Positions 9,084 to 19,641 of a DNA stretch of 61,803 nt are shown piece after piece. Source of the stretch: Dehalococcoidia bacterium. GTDB lineage: Bacteria > Chloroflexota > Dehalococcoidia > DSTF01 > JACRBR01. The notes under the pieces were generated by a model that was given only the letters and a program-made list of their open reading frames with translations, was not told the origin of the DNA and ran no database searches. Made by a program: the position numbers and the translations under genes. Numbering within the stretch: the stretch's first letter is position 1; every line of letters begins with the position of its first letter. Location: assembly GCA_041494685.1 (NCBI GenBank), contig JBGQBE010000014.1, forward strand, positions 1 to 61,803, given 5' to 3'.

Positions 9084-9379
9084 CCTTGACCTCCCTGCAT
9101 CCCCCCAGGCGCGAAGCGGTGCCCCGATCCTACCCGGAGTGCGGCAGCCTACTCAAGCGAGGTAGCAGGGAGAGCATCGCCGGCGGCACATGGTACAAGC
9201 GGCAACGTCGCGTCTCGCCGCCGACACATGAAGCCATGAGCGGGCCTCACGGCTGTTTCAGCATGGTTGGAGAATAATCACGGGTATCGCGAGACCGCCA
9301 TCTCGCGCCCGAAGCACGCCGATGGGCGCGCACAAGCGGGCCCTCCTCGCGGGCGAACGCATCACGGGATGGACCGGGG

Positions 9380-11077
9380 TCATCCGAGCAGCGAGCGGGC
9401 GGCAGCGGCAGCGCCGCTGAGCGGCACGACCTGCGCGTCCTTCTCGGTGCGGCGCTTCACCTCCGCGCCGCCATTCTCGATGCTGCGCGGGCTGACGGTG
9501 ACGCGCACGGGCATGCCCAGGAGGTCGGCGTCGTTGAACTTCACGCCGGCCGAGCCTTCCTCGCGGTCGTCGTACAGCACTTCGAGACCGGCATCGACGA
9601 GCTGCTGGTACACCTGTTCGGCACTCTCGCGCACGCCTGGTTTGTCGAATCCGAGACCGACGAGGTGCACGTCGTACGGGGTCAACTCGCGCGGCCAGGT
9701 GATGCCGCGCTCGTCATGGTTCGCCTGGATGGCGGCGGCGAACACGCGGCCGACGCCGATGCCGTAGCAGCCCATGATCGCGGACTTAAGCTCGCCCGCT
9801 TCGTCGGAGAACGCGGCTCCCAACCGGTCGGTGTACACGGTGCCGAGCTTGAACACGTGCCCCATCTCCATGCCACGCTTCGTCTCGAGCATGCCGCCGC
9901 AGCGCGCGCAGCCGTCGCCGGCGCGCGCGACCGAGATGTCGGTGATGAGGTCGGCCTGCCAATCGCGGCCGTGGTTGACGTTGCGGTAGTGCACGTCCGG
10001 CTTGTTCGCACCGGCGACCAGGTTAGGCGACGTGAGCACGGAATCGTCCGCGACAACCTTGATGCCCTTCAGCCCCACGGGCGATGCGGAGCCGGCGACG
10101 AGCCCGTGCGTACGCACGCCCTGGTCGTCCAGCAGCGCAAGGTCCACCGCCTTGAGCGCGTTGCGAAGTTTCGACTCGTTCACCTCGAGGTCGCCGCGGA
10201 TGGCGACGAAGACGGGCGCGCCGCCGGCCTCGTAGAACACGGCCTTGAGCGTGCGCTCGTGAGGGATGCCGAGGAAGCGCACCAGGTCGTCGATCGTCTT
10301 CTGACCGGGGGTGGAGACCTCTTCGAGGGGCAGCGGGGCGTCGGCGTGGCCGGGGCGCTTGCGGTGATCGGCCTTCTCCTCGTTTGCCGCGTAGCCGCAG
10401 GTGTCGCAAAGCAGGATCGTGTCCTCGCCGACTTCGGTAAGGTACATGAACTCCTCGCTCTCCTTGCCACCGATGGCGCCTGAGTCCGCCAGCACGGGGA
10501 TAGTGGGGACGCCGCAGCGCTCGAAGATGCGCGCGTAGGCGTCGCGCGCGGCGTGGTAGCTCCGGTCCAGCGCGTCCCAGTCGGTGTCGAAGCTGTAGGC
10601 GTCCTTCATGGTGAACTCGCGAACGCGCATGAGGCCGCCGCGCGGACGCGCTTCGTCCCGCATCTTGGTCTGGATCTGGTAGATCATCAGGGGCATGTCG
10701 CGGTAGCTCTGCACCTGCTTCTTGAACAGGTCCACGACCACTTCCTCGTGCGTGGGCCCCAGCACCAGGTCGCGGTCACGGCGATCCCTCAGGTGGAACA
10801 GCACGTCGCCCATGGTGGCTATGCGGCCGGACGCCTCCCAGAGCTCGGCCGGTTGCAGCGCGGGCATCACGACTTCCTGCCCGCCGGCACGGTCCATCTC
10901 CTCGCGGATGATCTGCTCGATCTTGCGGATGACGCGCCAGCCGATCGGCAGGTAGCTGTAGACGCCGGCCACGAGCTGCTGCACCAGCGCGGCGCGGAGC
11001 ATGAGCTGATGGTTCGCGGTGTCCGCGTCCGCCGGGGCGTTCCGCAGCGTCTTCCCGAAGAGTCGCGACATGCGCAT
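9380..11077 (-). CDS. proS: Proline--tRNA ligase
   Basis: MRMSRLFGKTLR, LGPTHEE, RPRGGLMRVREFTMKDAYSF, MGCYGIGV. Confidence 0.98.
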   Translation of the reverse strand: MRMSRLFGKTLRNAPADADTANHQLMLRAALVQQLVAGVYSYLPIGWRVIRKIEQIIREEMDRAGGQEVVMPALQPAELWEASGRIATMGDVLFHLRDRRDRDLVLGPTHEEVVVDLFKKQVQSYRDMPLMIYQIQTKMRDEARPRGGLMRVREFTMKDAYSFDTDWDALDRSYHAARDAYARIFERCGVPTIPVLADSGAIGGKESEEFMYLTEVGEDTILLCDTCGYAANEEKADHRKRPGHADAPLPLEEVSTPGQKTIDDLVRFLGIPHERTLKAVFYEAGGAPVFVAIRGDLEVNESKLRNALKAVDLALLDDQGVRTHGLVAGSASPVGLKGIKVVADDSVLTSPNLVAGANKPDVHYRNVNHGRDWQADLITDISVARAGDGCARCGGMLETKRGMEMGHVFKLGTVYTDRLGAAFSDEAGELKSAIMGCYGIGVGRVFAAAIQANHDERGITWPRELTPYDVHLVGLGFDKPGVRESAEQVYQQLVDAGLEVLYDDREEGSAGVKFNDADLLGMPVRVTVSPRSIENGGAEVKRRTEKDAQVVPLSGAAAAARSLLG

Positions 11078-11256
11078 GGCACGTTCCTGTCTGCCGTACG
11101 GGCCTGATGATGGCCGATTCTAGCGAACCCGGAGCGAGAGGACGAACGGCGCGATTCGACACCGATGACGGTCCGGAGCGCCTCAGAATGGGCTAACGAA
11201 GCCGTGACCCAGATTCGGGGCAAGGGAAGATCGGGTCAGAAATGAGGCGAATGCCT

Positions 11257-11283
11257 TAAGGGCCGCCGTCGAAACGTCGATGA
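11257..11283 (+). promoter_or_regulatory. Sigma28 (FliA/WhiG)-like promoter
   Basis: TAAG-N15-GTCGATGA versus consensus TAAA-N15-GCCGATAA, 9 nt before the HD-GYP ATG. Confidence 0.55.
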
Positions 11284-11292
11284 TTCACCAGA

Positions 11293-13062
11293 ATGAGTGT
11301 ACCCGGGGGAACACGATCCTGGCCCGCGCGGGCCCTGCTGTATCCGGCGCGGCATATCCGGTGGCGTATCATCGCGCCCTACGCCGTGCTGACGATGATC
11401 CTCGCCGTCGCAGGCACCTACCTGGTCACGCAGCTGGTCACAGACTCGTTCCAAGAGCGCTTCAACAACCAGCTTGCGGAGGCAAGCCGCGTAGCATCCG
11501 ACTCACTGGCGCGGCGCGAGCGCAAACACCTGGAGACGGTGCGCAGCGTCGCGTTCACGCAGGGCGTCGCCGCGGCGGCGGAATCGAGTGATGCCGCGGC
11601 GCTGGCGCGGCTCGTCGGACCGATCGCCGCGAACGACAAGGCCGACGACCTCGAGATCCTGGACGCGCTCGGCAAGCGTGTGTACGGCACGCGGCTGGCC
11701 GACGCCGACAAGCTGACGTACGCGGACACGACCGACACGGACAACCGCGCGACGTGGCCGCTGGTCCGGAAGGTGCTGGACCACCAGCGCGACGCCCAGG
11801 GCGACAAGTTCTCCGACATCGCGAGCACGGACAGCGGGTACGGGCTCTTCACGGCCGGGCCGATCTACGACGGCGAGCACTTCGCCGGCGTCGTCCTCGT
11901 CGGCTCGCCGCTTACGTCGCTGCTGCCGCAGGCGAAGGCCGACTCTCTGGCCGACGTCAGCATCTACGACCTCGCCGGCACGCCGCTCGGATCGACGTTC
12001 GGCCTGGGCGACAAGGACGCCAACGTGCAACCGGACGCGTCGGTGGTCTCCGCGACCGGCGTCGCCGCGCCGGTGCGCGAGCACAAGACACTCTTCGGGC
12101 GCGACTTCGACATGCTCTACGGCAACCTGGTCGTGCGCGGCCAGACGGTAGGCGTGTACTCGGTGGCGCTGCCCTCATCGTTCCTGCTCAACGCCGGCGC
12201 GGCCACGCGCCTGCAGATCGGCCTGCTCTTCACGGTCGCGACGGTGGCGGTGCTGTTGTCGGGCTGGTTCGTCGGACGATCCATCACCGATCCCGTGTTC
12301 AAGCTGGTAACGGCGACCCGGCGCGTCGCCGCGGGCGACCTGTCGACGCGGTCGGGCGTCGGCGGCGAGGACGAGATCGGCACCCTGGGCGCGGCGTTCG
12401 ATGCGATGACGGAGCGGCTGCAGCGCCAGAACCTGGCGACGATCCGCGCGCTCACCTCCGCGATCGACGCGCGCGACCCGTACACGATGGGCCACTCGCT
12501 GCGCGTCGGGCAGCTGGCGTTGGAGATCGGCCGGGAGCTGGGGCTGGATGACAAGAAGCTGCAGCACCTGGAGATCGGCGGCTACCTGCACGACATCGGG
12601 AAGATCGGCGTGCGTGATGCGGTGCTGCTCAAGCCGGGCGCGCTGGACCCGGAAGAGCGCGAGGCGATCGAGCGGCATCCGAGCATCGGCCTGGACATCC
12701 TGGCGCACGTGGAGCTGCCGCCGGAGGTGATCGAGTTCGTGGGCAGCCACCATGAGAAGCTCAACGGCAGCGGCTACCCCGCCCACCTGCACGCAGAGCA
12801 GATCAGCGTGGTGCCGCGCATCGCGGCCGTGGCGGACATCTACGACGCGCTGACGACCGATCGCCCGTACCGCCCCGGCATGGGCATCCCGAAGGCATTG
12901 TCGATCCTGGGCGAGGAAGCAGACCAGGGCAAACTCGACCACAGCGTCGTGGCGGCGCTGGAGCGGGTGATCCCGCGCTGGCAGTCGCGCCTGAAGGCTG
13001 AGCCGGACCTCAAGGGCTTCAGCATCGGCGATAGCCCGCCCCACCAGAGGCGCGCCGCCTGA
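11293..13062 (+). CDS. Membrane-bound HAMP + HD-GYP cyclic-dinucleotide phosphodiesterase
   Basis: Two TM segments, HAMP (DEIGTLGAAFDAM), RDPYTMGHS, HDIGKIG, HHEKLNGSGYP, DALTTDRPYR. Confidence 0.93.
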   Translation: MSVPGGTRSWPARALLYPARHIRWRIIAPYAVLTMILAVAGTYLVTQLVTDSFQERFNNQLAEASRVASDSLARRERKHLETVRSVAFTQGVAAAAESSDAAALARLVGPIAANDKADDLEILDALGKRVYGTRLADADKLTYADTTDTDNRATWPLVRKVLDHQRDAQGDKFSDIASTDSGYGLFTAGPIYDGEHFAGVVLVGSPLTSLLPQAKADSLADVSIYDLAGTPLGSTFGLGDKDANVQPDASVVSATGVAAPVREHKTLFGRDFDMLYGNLVVRGQTVGVYSVALPSSFLLNAGAATRLQIGLLFTVATVAVLLSGWFVGRSITDPVFKLVTATRRVAAGDLSTRSGVGGEDEIGTLGAAFDAMTERLQRQNLATIRALTSAIDARDPYTMGHSLRVGQLALEIGRELGLDDKKLQHLEIGGYLHDIGKIGVRDAVLLKPGALDPEEREAIERHPSIGLDILAHVELPPEVIEFVGSHHEKLNGSGYPAHLHAEQISVVPRIAAVADIYDALTTDRPYRPGMGIPKALSILGEEADQGKLDHSVVAALERVIPRWQSRLKAEPDLKGFSIGDSPPHQRRAA

Positions 13063-13727
13063 TGCTGCGGCACCTCCGTGCGGCGGCGATCGTCGGGGGG
13101 CTCGCCTGCGCGTGCTTCGCGTTCACGTACGCCGGCTCCGCGCTGGCGCTCGACCGGCCGCGGCTGCAGGAACTGCACACGGATATCAGCTCGCGCCTCG
13201 CTGTGGACTATTCCGCCGACGCGCCGCGCGCGGCGCTGCTGCCGCTCTCGCCCGCGCTGATCAAGGACGCGGCGACCGACAATGCGCCGCCACCCGCACC
13301 AACGTCAGGGCGCGGGCGCGCCGGCGCGGCGGCGCCCGTCACGGCGCCATCCGGCACGCCGACACCGGCCTCGTCCGCAACGACGACGCCGCCGGACGCA
13401 CCGACCGAGGCCGCGCCAACCGAGACGCCCGCACCGCGGCCGACGTACACGCCCCCGCCGATCTCGTCCAGCACGCCGACGGCAGTGCCGACCGCGACGC
13501 ACACGCCCTTGCCGTCGCCGACGGCGACGCAGGAGCCGACGTGTGTGATCAAGATCCTGCCGGGCGGGAGCCGTACGTGCGTGACTCCCGTCGCGACAGC
13601 CACACCCGCGCCGCCCACGGCGACGCCTGTACCGACAAACACGCCGGTACCGCCGACGCCGACGACACCGTTGCCCACGGACACACCCGCCCCGGGTGGC
13701 GGGTCATCGGGCGGCACGCCCGGTTAG
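13062..13727 (+). CDS. Secreted Pro/Thr-rich protein
   Basis: Signal peptide, PT repeats, TGATG overlap with upstream gene. Confidence 0.65.
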   Translation: MLRHLRAAAIVGGLACACFAFTYAGSALALDRPRLQELHTDISSRLAVDYSADAPRAALLPLSPALIKDAATDNAPPPAPTSGRGRAGAAAPVTAPSGTPTPASSATTTPPDAPTEAAPTETPAPRPTYTPPPISSSTPTAVPTATHTPLPSPTATQEPTCVIKILPGGSRTCVTPVATATPAPPTATPVPTNTPVPPTPTTPLPTDTPAPGGGSSGGTPG

Positions 13728-13792
13728 GCAGTGAGCACGCCCTGTACGCTGGTGAACCGATAGAAGTGGCCTGGTGAACCGGCGCTGTGGCG

Positions 13793-14884
13793 CTACGCCC
13801 AGCCCATCTCGCGCTCGATCGCGCCGAGGTCGTTGGCGACGTGGTGGATCGGCGGTTCGGTCTTGAGCGCGGTCTCGGGATCCTTCAGGCCGTTGCCGGT
13901 GATGACGCAGACGATGGTCTGCCCGGCGAAGCTCGTGCCCGCGGCCTTCTTCTTGAGCACACCCGCGACGGACGCTGCCGAGGCCGGCTCGCCGAAGATG
14001 CCCTCTTCGCGGCCGAGGCGGTTGTACGCCAGCAGGATCTCCTCGTCCGTCACGGCGTCGATGACGCCGCCCGACTCGTCGCGCGCGGCGATCGCGGACT
14101 TCCACGATGCCGGGTTGCCGATGCGGATCGCCGAAGCGATGGTCTGCGGTTCGGCGACGGGCGCGCCGTGTACCAGGGGCGCCGCGCCGGCGGCCTGGAA
14201 GCCGAGCATGGCCGGACGGCGGCTGGTGCGCTCCATCCGCTGGTACTCCACGAAGCCTTTCCAGTAGGCGGTGATGTTGCCCGCGTTGCCGACGGGGAGC
14301 GCCAGCACGTGCGGCGCGTCGCCCAGCACGTCCGAGATTTCGAACGCCGCCGTCTTCTGGCCTTCGATGCGGTGGGGGTTGACGGAGTTCACGAGCGCGA
14401 TCGGGTGCTTCGCCGTGATCGCGCGCGCCATGCGCAGCGCGTCGTCGAAGTTGCCCTGCACGGCGATGATCTCCGCGCCGTAGACGGCGCTCTGCGCCAG
14501 CTTGCCGCGCGCGATCTTGCCGTCCGGCACGATCACGTAGACGGCGAGGCCGTAGCGACCGGCGTACGCGGCCGCGGACGCGCTGGTGTTGCCTGTGGAA
14601 GCGCACATGATCGCTTTCGCGCCGTCCTCCATCGCCTTGGCGACGGCGACGACCATGCCACGATCCTTGAACGAGCCGGTGGGGTTGCAGCTTTCGAGCT
14701 TGAAGAAGAGCGCTTCGCACCCCAGTTCACGCTCGATCGACGTGGAGCGCACGAGCGGCGTGTCGCCCTCGCCCAGCGAGATCATGGGCGTGCGGTCGGT
14801 GACGGGGAGGTGCTCGGTGTAGCGGTGCAGGACGCCGCGATGCGGGGCGTCGGGGGAGAGCGCCGGAGCCGGGTGGGGGGTCAT
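13793..14884 (-). CDS. thrC: Threonine synthase
   Basis: SLGEGDTPL, NPTGSFKDRG, CASTGNTSAS, LPVGNAGNI. Confidence 0.96.
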   Translation of the reverse strand: MTPHPAPALSPDAPHRGVLHRYTEHLPVTDRTPMISLGEGDTPLVRSTSIERELGCEALFFKLESCNPTGSFKDRGMVVAVAKAMEDGAKAIMCASTGNTSASAAAYAGRYGLAVYVIVPDGKIARGKLAQSAVYGAEIIAVQGNFDDALRMARAITAKHPIALVNSVNPHRIEGQKTAAFEISDVLGDAPHVLALPVGNAGNITAYWKGFVEYQRMERTSRRPAMLGFQAAGAAPLVHGAPVAEPQTIASAIRIGNPASWKSAIAARDESGGVIDAVTDEEILLAYNRLGREEGIFGEPASAASVAGVLKKKAAGTSFAGQTIVCVITGNGLKDPETALKTEPPIHHVANDLGAIEREMGWA

Positions 14885-15900
14885 TCGTCCTCGTTCTTGA
14901 GCTGCGTCGACTGCACGCGCAGCTCCTTCGCCTGGCGTTCCAGCTCCTCGACCTGGCGGCGCTTCATGCGCTCGAGCATCTGATTCAGCTTCAGTAGCTG
15001 GTCGCTGAGGTTGCGGCGGTACTCCAACGTCGACGTGTGCACGTGGTCGATGCGGCCATCGTGCGCCTTGATGCGCACGTCCATCTGGCCCGCGATGTCC
15101 TCCTGCCGCTCCAGCCGCACGCGCGCGTCGTCCAGCGACTCCTCGGCGCGGGAGGTGCGGTCCTCGAGGCGCTGGCGCTCCGCGCGCAACAACTCGACGC
15201 GCTCGGAGAGCAGCGGCAACTGGCGGAACTCCTCCTGCTGGGCGTGCAGCTCCGATTCCAGCCGGGACGCTACTTCGTGGGCCAGGCGCGCACGCTCGGC
15301 GAGCACGTCGTCGTCCCGCCGCAGGGCGCGGATGGCGGCTTCGACCTCGGACAGCGTCTGCTCTACACGTGTGACCGCGTCCAGGTTGCGGCTGGTGCGT
15401 GTCTCCACGGTCTCCAGGCGCCCGTCCATCCCCTGGTACTGCAGGTGGGAACGCGACACTTCCTCCTGGAAGCGCCGGTTCATGTCATCGACGGTCGCCT
15501 GGCGCTCTGCCAACCCTTCGACGCGACGCTCCAGGTCCTGCACGCGGCGGTAGAGGTCGTTCTTCTCGGACTGGTCGCGCGTCCGCTCCTCGCCGTTGAG
15601 GCGCTCCATCTGCTCGAACTTCGTATCGATCAGGACCTCTGCGTCCTGGATGCGCTCCAGAAGGCCGGCAACCTGACGTAGCTGCTCCTGCATCGTAGGT
15701 AGGCCGATGGTGCGCGCACCCAGCTCTCGCAGGCGGCCTTCGGCATCGCGCAGCTTCTCGTTCACGTCAAGCAGCGCCGCCTGCATCTGGTCGTTCTGCT
15801 GCTGCATGCGGCCGGCCTGGGTCTTCAGGACGCTGACCTGGTCCTGTAGCCAGTGCACGGCATCCGGCGCGGCATCGCTTTGAGGATCGTGCATCGTCAT
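14881..15900 (-). CDS. Long coiled-coil protein
   Basis: E/Q/R/L-rich heptad-type sequence over nearly the whole length; ATGA overlaps at both ends. Confidence 0.8.
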   Translation of the reverse strand: MTMHDPQSDAAPDAVHWLQDQVSVLKTQAGRMQQQNDQMQAALLDVNEKLRDAEGRLRELGARTIGLPTMQEQLRQVAGLLERIQDAEVLIDTKFEQMERLNGEERTRDQSEKNDLYRRVQDLERRVEGLAERQATVDDMNRRFQEEVSRSHLQYQGMDGRLETVETRTSRNLDAVTRVEQTLSEVEAAIRALRRDDDVLAERARLAHEVASRLESELHAQQEEFRQLPLLSERVELLRAERQRLEDRTSRAEESLDDARVRLERQEDIAGQMDVRIKAHDGRIDHVHTSTLEYRRNLSDQLLKLNQMLERMKRRQVEELERQAKELRVQSTQLKNEDE

Positions 15901-17195
15901 GGCATCACCCGCAGCATCTGCTCTATGCCGTTCACTCCCTTGAGTCCGGCGATCTCCTGAAGCGCCCGCTGCATATCCGCCTCACGGGCATCGTGCGTCA
16001 TGATGACGATTTCCGCCACACCTTCGCCATCCACTTCTTTCTGGATGACGGAGCGGATGCTGATCGCGCGCTCGCTGAGCGCGCCCGCGACGCGCGCGAG
16101 GACGCCTGGCTGGTCGGCGACGCCGATACGCAGGTAGTAGCGCGACACGGCATCATCCATAGGCAGCGCGCGCAGCCCCGTTTCGCGGCGGAACGAGTGC
16201 GGCCAGTAGACATGGTTGCTGATGCTCACGGCGGCGTCCAGCGCGTCGGCGACGACGGCGGATGTCGTGGGCAGCGAGCCGGCGCCGGGGCCCTGGAACA
16301 GGACGCGGCTCATCAAGTCACCTTGTATCTCCACGGCGTTGAGCACGCCATCTACGCTGGCGAGCAGTTGGTCCTGCGAGACGAGCGCCGGATGCACGCG
16401 GAGCTGCACGCCGTCCCCGGTCTTGCGTCCGATCGCCAGCAGCTTGATGGCGTAGCCGAGTTCGTGCGCGTACTGGAAGTCGCGCGCGCCTAGCCTGGTG
16501 ATGCCTTCGCGGTGGATGTTGCCGGGGTTCACGTCCATGTGGAAGGCCAGCGTCGCCAGGATCGACAGCTTGTATGCCGCATCGATTCCCTCCACGTCGT
16601 TGGTAGGGTCGGCCTCGGCATAGCCAAGCCGCTGCGCCGCGGCAAGCGCATCGGCGAAGCTGCCGCCGCCCTTGCTCATGGAGGTGAGTATGTAGTTCGT
16701 GGTGCCGTTGATGATGGCCGTGACGCCGACGATGTCGTTCGCCAGCAGGTCGCGCTTGAGCGGGGCGATGATCGGGATGCCGCCGCCGACGCTGGCCTCG
16801 TAGAGCAGGTCGACGTTGTGCTCGCGCGCGAGCGCGAGCAGTTCGGCGCCGTGCTTGGCCATCACTTCCTTGTTGCCGGTGACGACGAACTTGTTCGCGC
16901 TGAGGGCTTCGCGCAGATAGCCGTAGGCCGGCTGCTCGCCGCCCATCACCTCGATGATCATTTCGATCGCCGGGTCGTTCAGGAGGTCGGCGGGATCCGT
17001 CGTGATCAGCGCGGGATCGATCCGGAAGTCGCGCTCCTTGGCGGGATCGCGCACCAGCACGCGCCGAATCTCCAGGGCGCAACCGATCTGGCGCGCGTAC
17101 ACGTCGGCCTTCTCGTGCAGGATGCGGGCGACGCCGCTGCCGACGACGCCGAGGCCCATCAGGCCGATGCCGATGGCGCGCCGATCACTGGCCAT
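15897..17195 (-). CDS. hom: Homoserine dehydrogenase with ACT domain
   Basis: GLMGLGVVGSG, YEASVGGGIP, NGTTNYIL, GYAEADPTNDVEG. Confidence 0.97.
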   Translation of the reverse strand: MASDRRAIGIGLMGLGVVGSGVARILHEKADVYARQIGCALEIRRVLVRDPAKERDFRIDPALITTDPADLLNDPAIEMIIEVMGGEQPAYGYLREALSANKFVVTGNKEVMAKHGAELLALAREHNVDLLYEASVGGGIPIIAPLKRDLLANDIVGVTAIINGTTNYILTSMSKGGGSFADALAAAQRLGYAEADPTNDVEGIDAAYKLSILATLAFHMDVNPGNIHREGITRLGARDFQYAHELGYAIKLLAIGRKTGDGVQLRVHPALVSQDQLLASVDGVLNAVEIQGDLMSRVLFQGPGAGSLPTTSAVVADALDAAVSISNHVYWPHSFRRETGLRALPMDDAVSRYYLRIGVADQPGVLARVAGALSERAISIRSVIQKEVDGEGVAEIVIMTHDAREADMQRALQEIAGLKGVNGIEQMLRVMP

Positions 17196-18399
17196 TGCCG
17201 CTGCCGGGCTGGGCGGGCACGCTGGGCGCCGGCGAACCGCCCTGGTCGGACGGATTGGCGGCAGGCGGCGCCGGCGTCGGGTTGGCGTCGGCCGGGCGCG
17301 CCGCTGCGGTCTGCTGTGCCGATAGCTGTTGCTGCTGTTGCAGTTGCTGCTGCCGCTGTACGGCCTGGAACCGCGACAGCATGCTGTTCAGCGCGTCGTT
17401 CTCGGCTTGCGGCGTCCAGTCGCGCACGATCGTCATCTGCTCCTGCCGGGCGTTGAGCCAGTCGTTGTACTTCTTGTCGACGAGCTTCGGCTTCTGAGCC
17501 TCGGTGACGGGCTTGTCCTGCAGGTCCAGCACCTGGACGATGAAGAACTGCCCCGAGGTCGACGGCAGCGGGTCGCTGATATCACCCGGCTTGGCGGAGA
17601 ACACCCAGCTGTCGTACGCGGCGTTGAAGCTCGTGCCTTCGGGAGCATAGTCGTGCACGCCGCCCGTCGTGGCCACGTCCCCCTCTATGGAGACTGCCTT
17701 GGCAACGGTCGCCCAGTCTTCGCCGGCTTTCACGCGCGCCAGCGCCTTCGCCGCGTCGTCCTGCGAGTTCAGCGCCATGACCTGGACGCGCGCCTGCGGG
17801 ACGTTGGCGGGAAGGTCCGTATTGAACTTGCCTTTGATCTTGGACGTCAGCAACTCGGCGCGGACCATGCGCCGGTACTCATCCTCGTGCAGGCCGGTGA
17901 CATCGAGCTGGCGGCGCAGCGCGTCGGCGAATTGCTGCTGATTCGCCTCCTTGGCGACGCCCACTTTGGCGCGGAGCTTGTCGTCGTACTCCTGCGCCGT
18001 CGCGGCGACCTGCAGATCGGACTCCGCCTGCGTCACAACGACAATCTCATCCAGCAGCGCGACGTACGACGCTTCCGGCAACAGGCTAGGCTGCTGCAGA
18101 TAGCTGGCGTTCTGGACGAGTTCGTATCCCATGCGGCGCTTCATGGCCACGTACGACACCTTGATGCCGCCCGCCTCCAGGACCGTGCGATTGCGGGGCT
18201 TCACGACGGTCTCGTAATAACCGAACCCGATGAACCCCGCAGCGACGATGAGAATCAGCACGACCGTGCCAATCAGCAGAGAGCGGGACGACTGCTCCGA
18301 GTCCATGCTGAAGCCATCGCGCCACGATCGGCGGCGCGCGCCATGCGACGCAGGCTTCTGCGCGGGTGCCTGGCGGCGGGACTTGCTCTCGTTCGTCAT
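17185..18399 (-). CDS. Membrane-anchored SurA/PrsA-like peptidyl-prolyl isomerase
   Basis: N-terminal TM, SurA-like helical region, parvulin-like GEDWATVAKAVS...GDISDP; Gln-rich tail. Confidence 0.75.
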   Translation of the reverse strand: MTNESKSRRQAPAQKPASHGARRRSWRDGFSMDSEQSSRSLLIGTVVLILIVAAGFIGFGYYETVVKPRNRTVLEAGGIKVSYVAMKRRMGYELVQNASYLQQPSLLPEASYVALLDEIVVVTQAESDLQVAATAQEYDDKLRAKVGVAKEANQQQFADALRRQLDVTGLHEDEYRRMVRAELLTSKIKGKFNTDLPANVPQARVQVMALNSQDDAAKALARVKAGEDWATVAKAVSIEGDVATTGGVHDYAPEGTSFNAAYDSWVFSAKPGDISDPLPSTSGQFFIVQVLDLQDKPVTEAQKPKLVDKKYNDWLNARQEQMTIVRDWTPQAENDALNSMLSRFQAVQRQQQLQQQQQLSAQQTAAARPADANPTPAPPAANPSDQGGSPAPSVPAQPGSGNGQ

Positions 18400-18477
18400 C
18401 GATTCACCACCTGTGGCGCCTCTTGTCGGAGACGCTGACGCACGGTCCGTGCGACGCCGCGGGGCCGCCCGGTCCGC

Positions 18478-18864
18478 CTAGCGGAAGGAACTGGTAGAGC
18501 GGATGTGGTCCGCGGTATACGGCAACAGCGCCAGGTGGCGCGCACGCTTGATCGCGAGCGTGAGCCGGCGCTGGTGTCGCGCGCAGGTACCGGTCTTGCG
18601 GCGCGGTTCGATCTTGCCGCGCTCGGAGATGTACCGGCGCAGCTTAACCGCATCCTTGTAGTCGATGATGTCGATCTTGTCGACGCAGTAGGCGCACACC
18701 TTGCGGCGTGATCCGAACCGCCCCCTGCCGCCGCCGCCACCGCCCGGCCGGCGGCCGCCAAATGATCGCTCCTCGGTCCGGCCTTCAAACCGGGGCGACG
18801 CACCTTCCGCCGGTGCCTGCGTCGCCGGAGCGCTCTGCTCGCTCTCGCTCACGTCCGTGGTCAA
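18478..18864 (-). CDS. rpsR: 30S ribosomal protein S18 (Zn-binding form, N-terminal extension)
   Basis: RRKVCAYC...IDYKD...[20 protein letters not shown]...[13 protein letters not shown]. Confidence 0.97.
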   Translation of the reverse strand: MTTDVSESEQSAPATQAPAEGASPRFEGRTEERSFGGRRPGGGGGGRGRFGSRRKVCAYCVDKIDIIDYKDAVKLRRYISERGKIEPRRKTGTCARHQRRLTLAIKRARHLALLPYTADHIRSTSSFR

Positions 18865-18878
18865 GTCCTGTCCTCCGT

Positions 18879-19298
18879 TTACTCGAACGGCAGGTCGTCC
18901 GGGTCTACCCCGGCGCCGACCGCACCGCCATCTTCAAACCGATCCACCCGCGCGGCGCCACCGCCGCCGCCGCTATCCAGGAAGAGCACCGTCTGCGCGA
19001 CCACTTCGGTGCGGTAGCGCTTCTGGCCGTCCTGCCCCTCCCACGAGCGCGTGTGGAGGCGGCCCTCCACGTACGCCTTGCGTCCCTTCTGCAGGAACTG
19101 GCTGCACTGTTCGGCCAGCTTCTCCCACGTCACGATGTCGAACCAGTCGGTCTCCTCGCGCCGCTCGCCGTCGTTTCCGCTGAAGGAACGGCTGCACGCA
19201 AGAGAGAACGTCGTCACGGCCTTGCCGTTGGCCGTGTACCGCATCTCGGGATCTTTGCCGAGATTGCCGATCAGCATCACCTTGTTCAAACCGGCCAT
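18879..19298 (-). CDS. ssb: Single-stranded DNA-binding protein
   Basis: [19 protein letters not shown], acidic DDLPF tail. Confidence 0.98.
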   Translation of the reverse strand: MAGLNKVMLIGNLGKDPEMRYTANGKAVTTFSLACSRSFSGNDGERREETDWFDIVTWEKLAEQCSQFLQKGRKAYVEGRLHTRSWEGQDGQKRYRTEVVAQTVLFLDSGGGGGAARVDRFEDGGAVGAGVDPDDLPFE

Positions 19299-19350
19299 CT
19301 GATCTCCCTCTCGTCGTTACGCGGGTCCACCCGGTACCGGTAGGCGTCCG

Positions 19351-19641
19351 CTAGTCCTCGTCCTTGCGGATGAGGAGGTGGCGGAGGATCTCCTCCGTGA
19401 TCTTGAATCCGCTCTCGAGTTCGTGCGCGCGCGCCGGGTCGAGGCGGATCTGCGAGACCACGTAGTTCCCTTCGTTGTGGCGGCTGATGGGGTACGCGAG
19501 CTTGCGCCGGCCCCACGGCGACACCTCGGTCACCTCGCCGCCGCGGCTGGTCACCGCCGTGGAGACGCGCTCGATCGCGGCGGGCACGTCCTCCTCCGGG
19601 ATGTCCGGGCTCATCACTACCACCAGTTCGTACTCGTGCAA
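19351..19641 (-). CDS. rpsF: 30S ribosomal protein S6 (TTG start)
   Basis: HEYELVVVMSP...WGRRKLAYPI...ILRHLLIR; GGAGG 5 nt before TTG. Confidence 0.96.
   Translation of the reverse strand: MHEYELVVVMSPDIPEEDVPAAIERVSTAVTSRGGEVTEVSPWGRRKLAYPISRHNEGNYVVSQIRLDPARAHELESGFKITEEILRHLLIRKDED

Noticed and set aside
11078..11250. T-box leader upstream of proS
   Set aside because: No T-box consensus or terminator seen, and a TAGAAT -10 lies only about 40 nt from the start.
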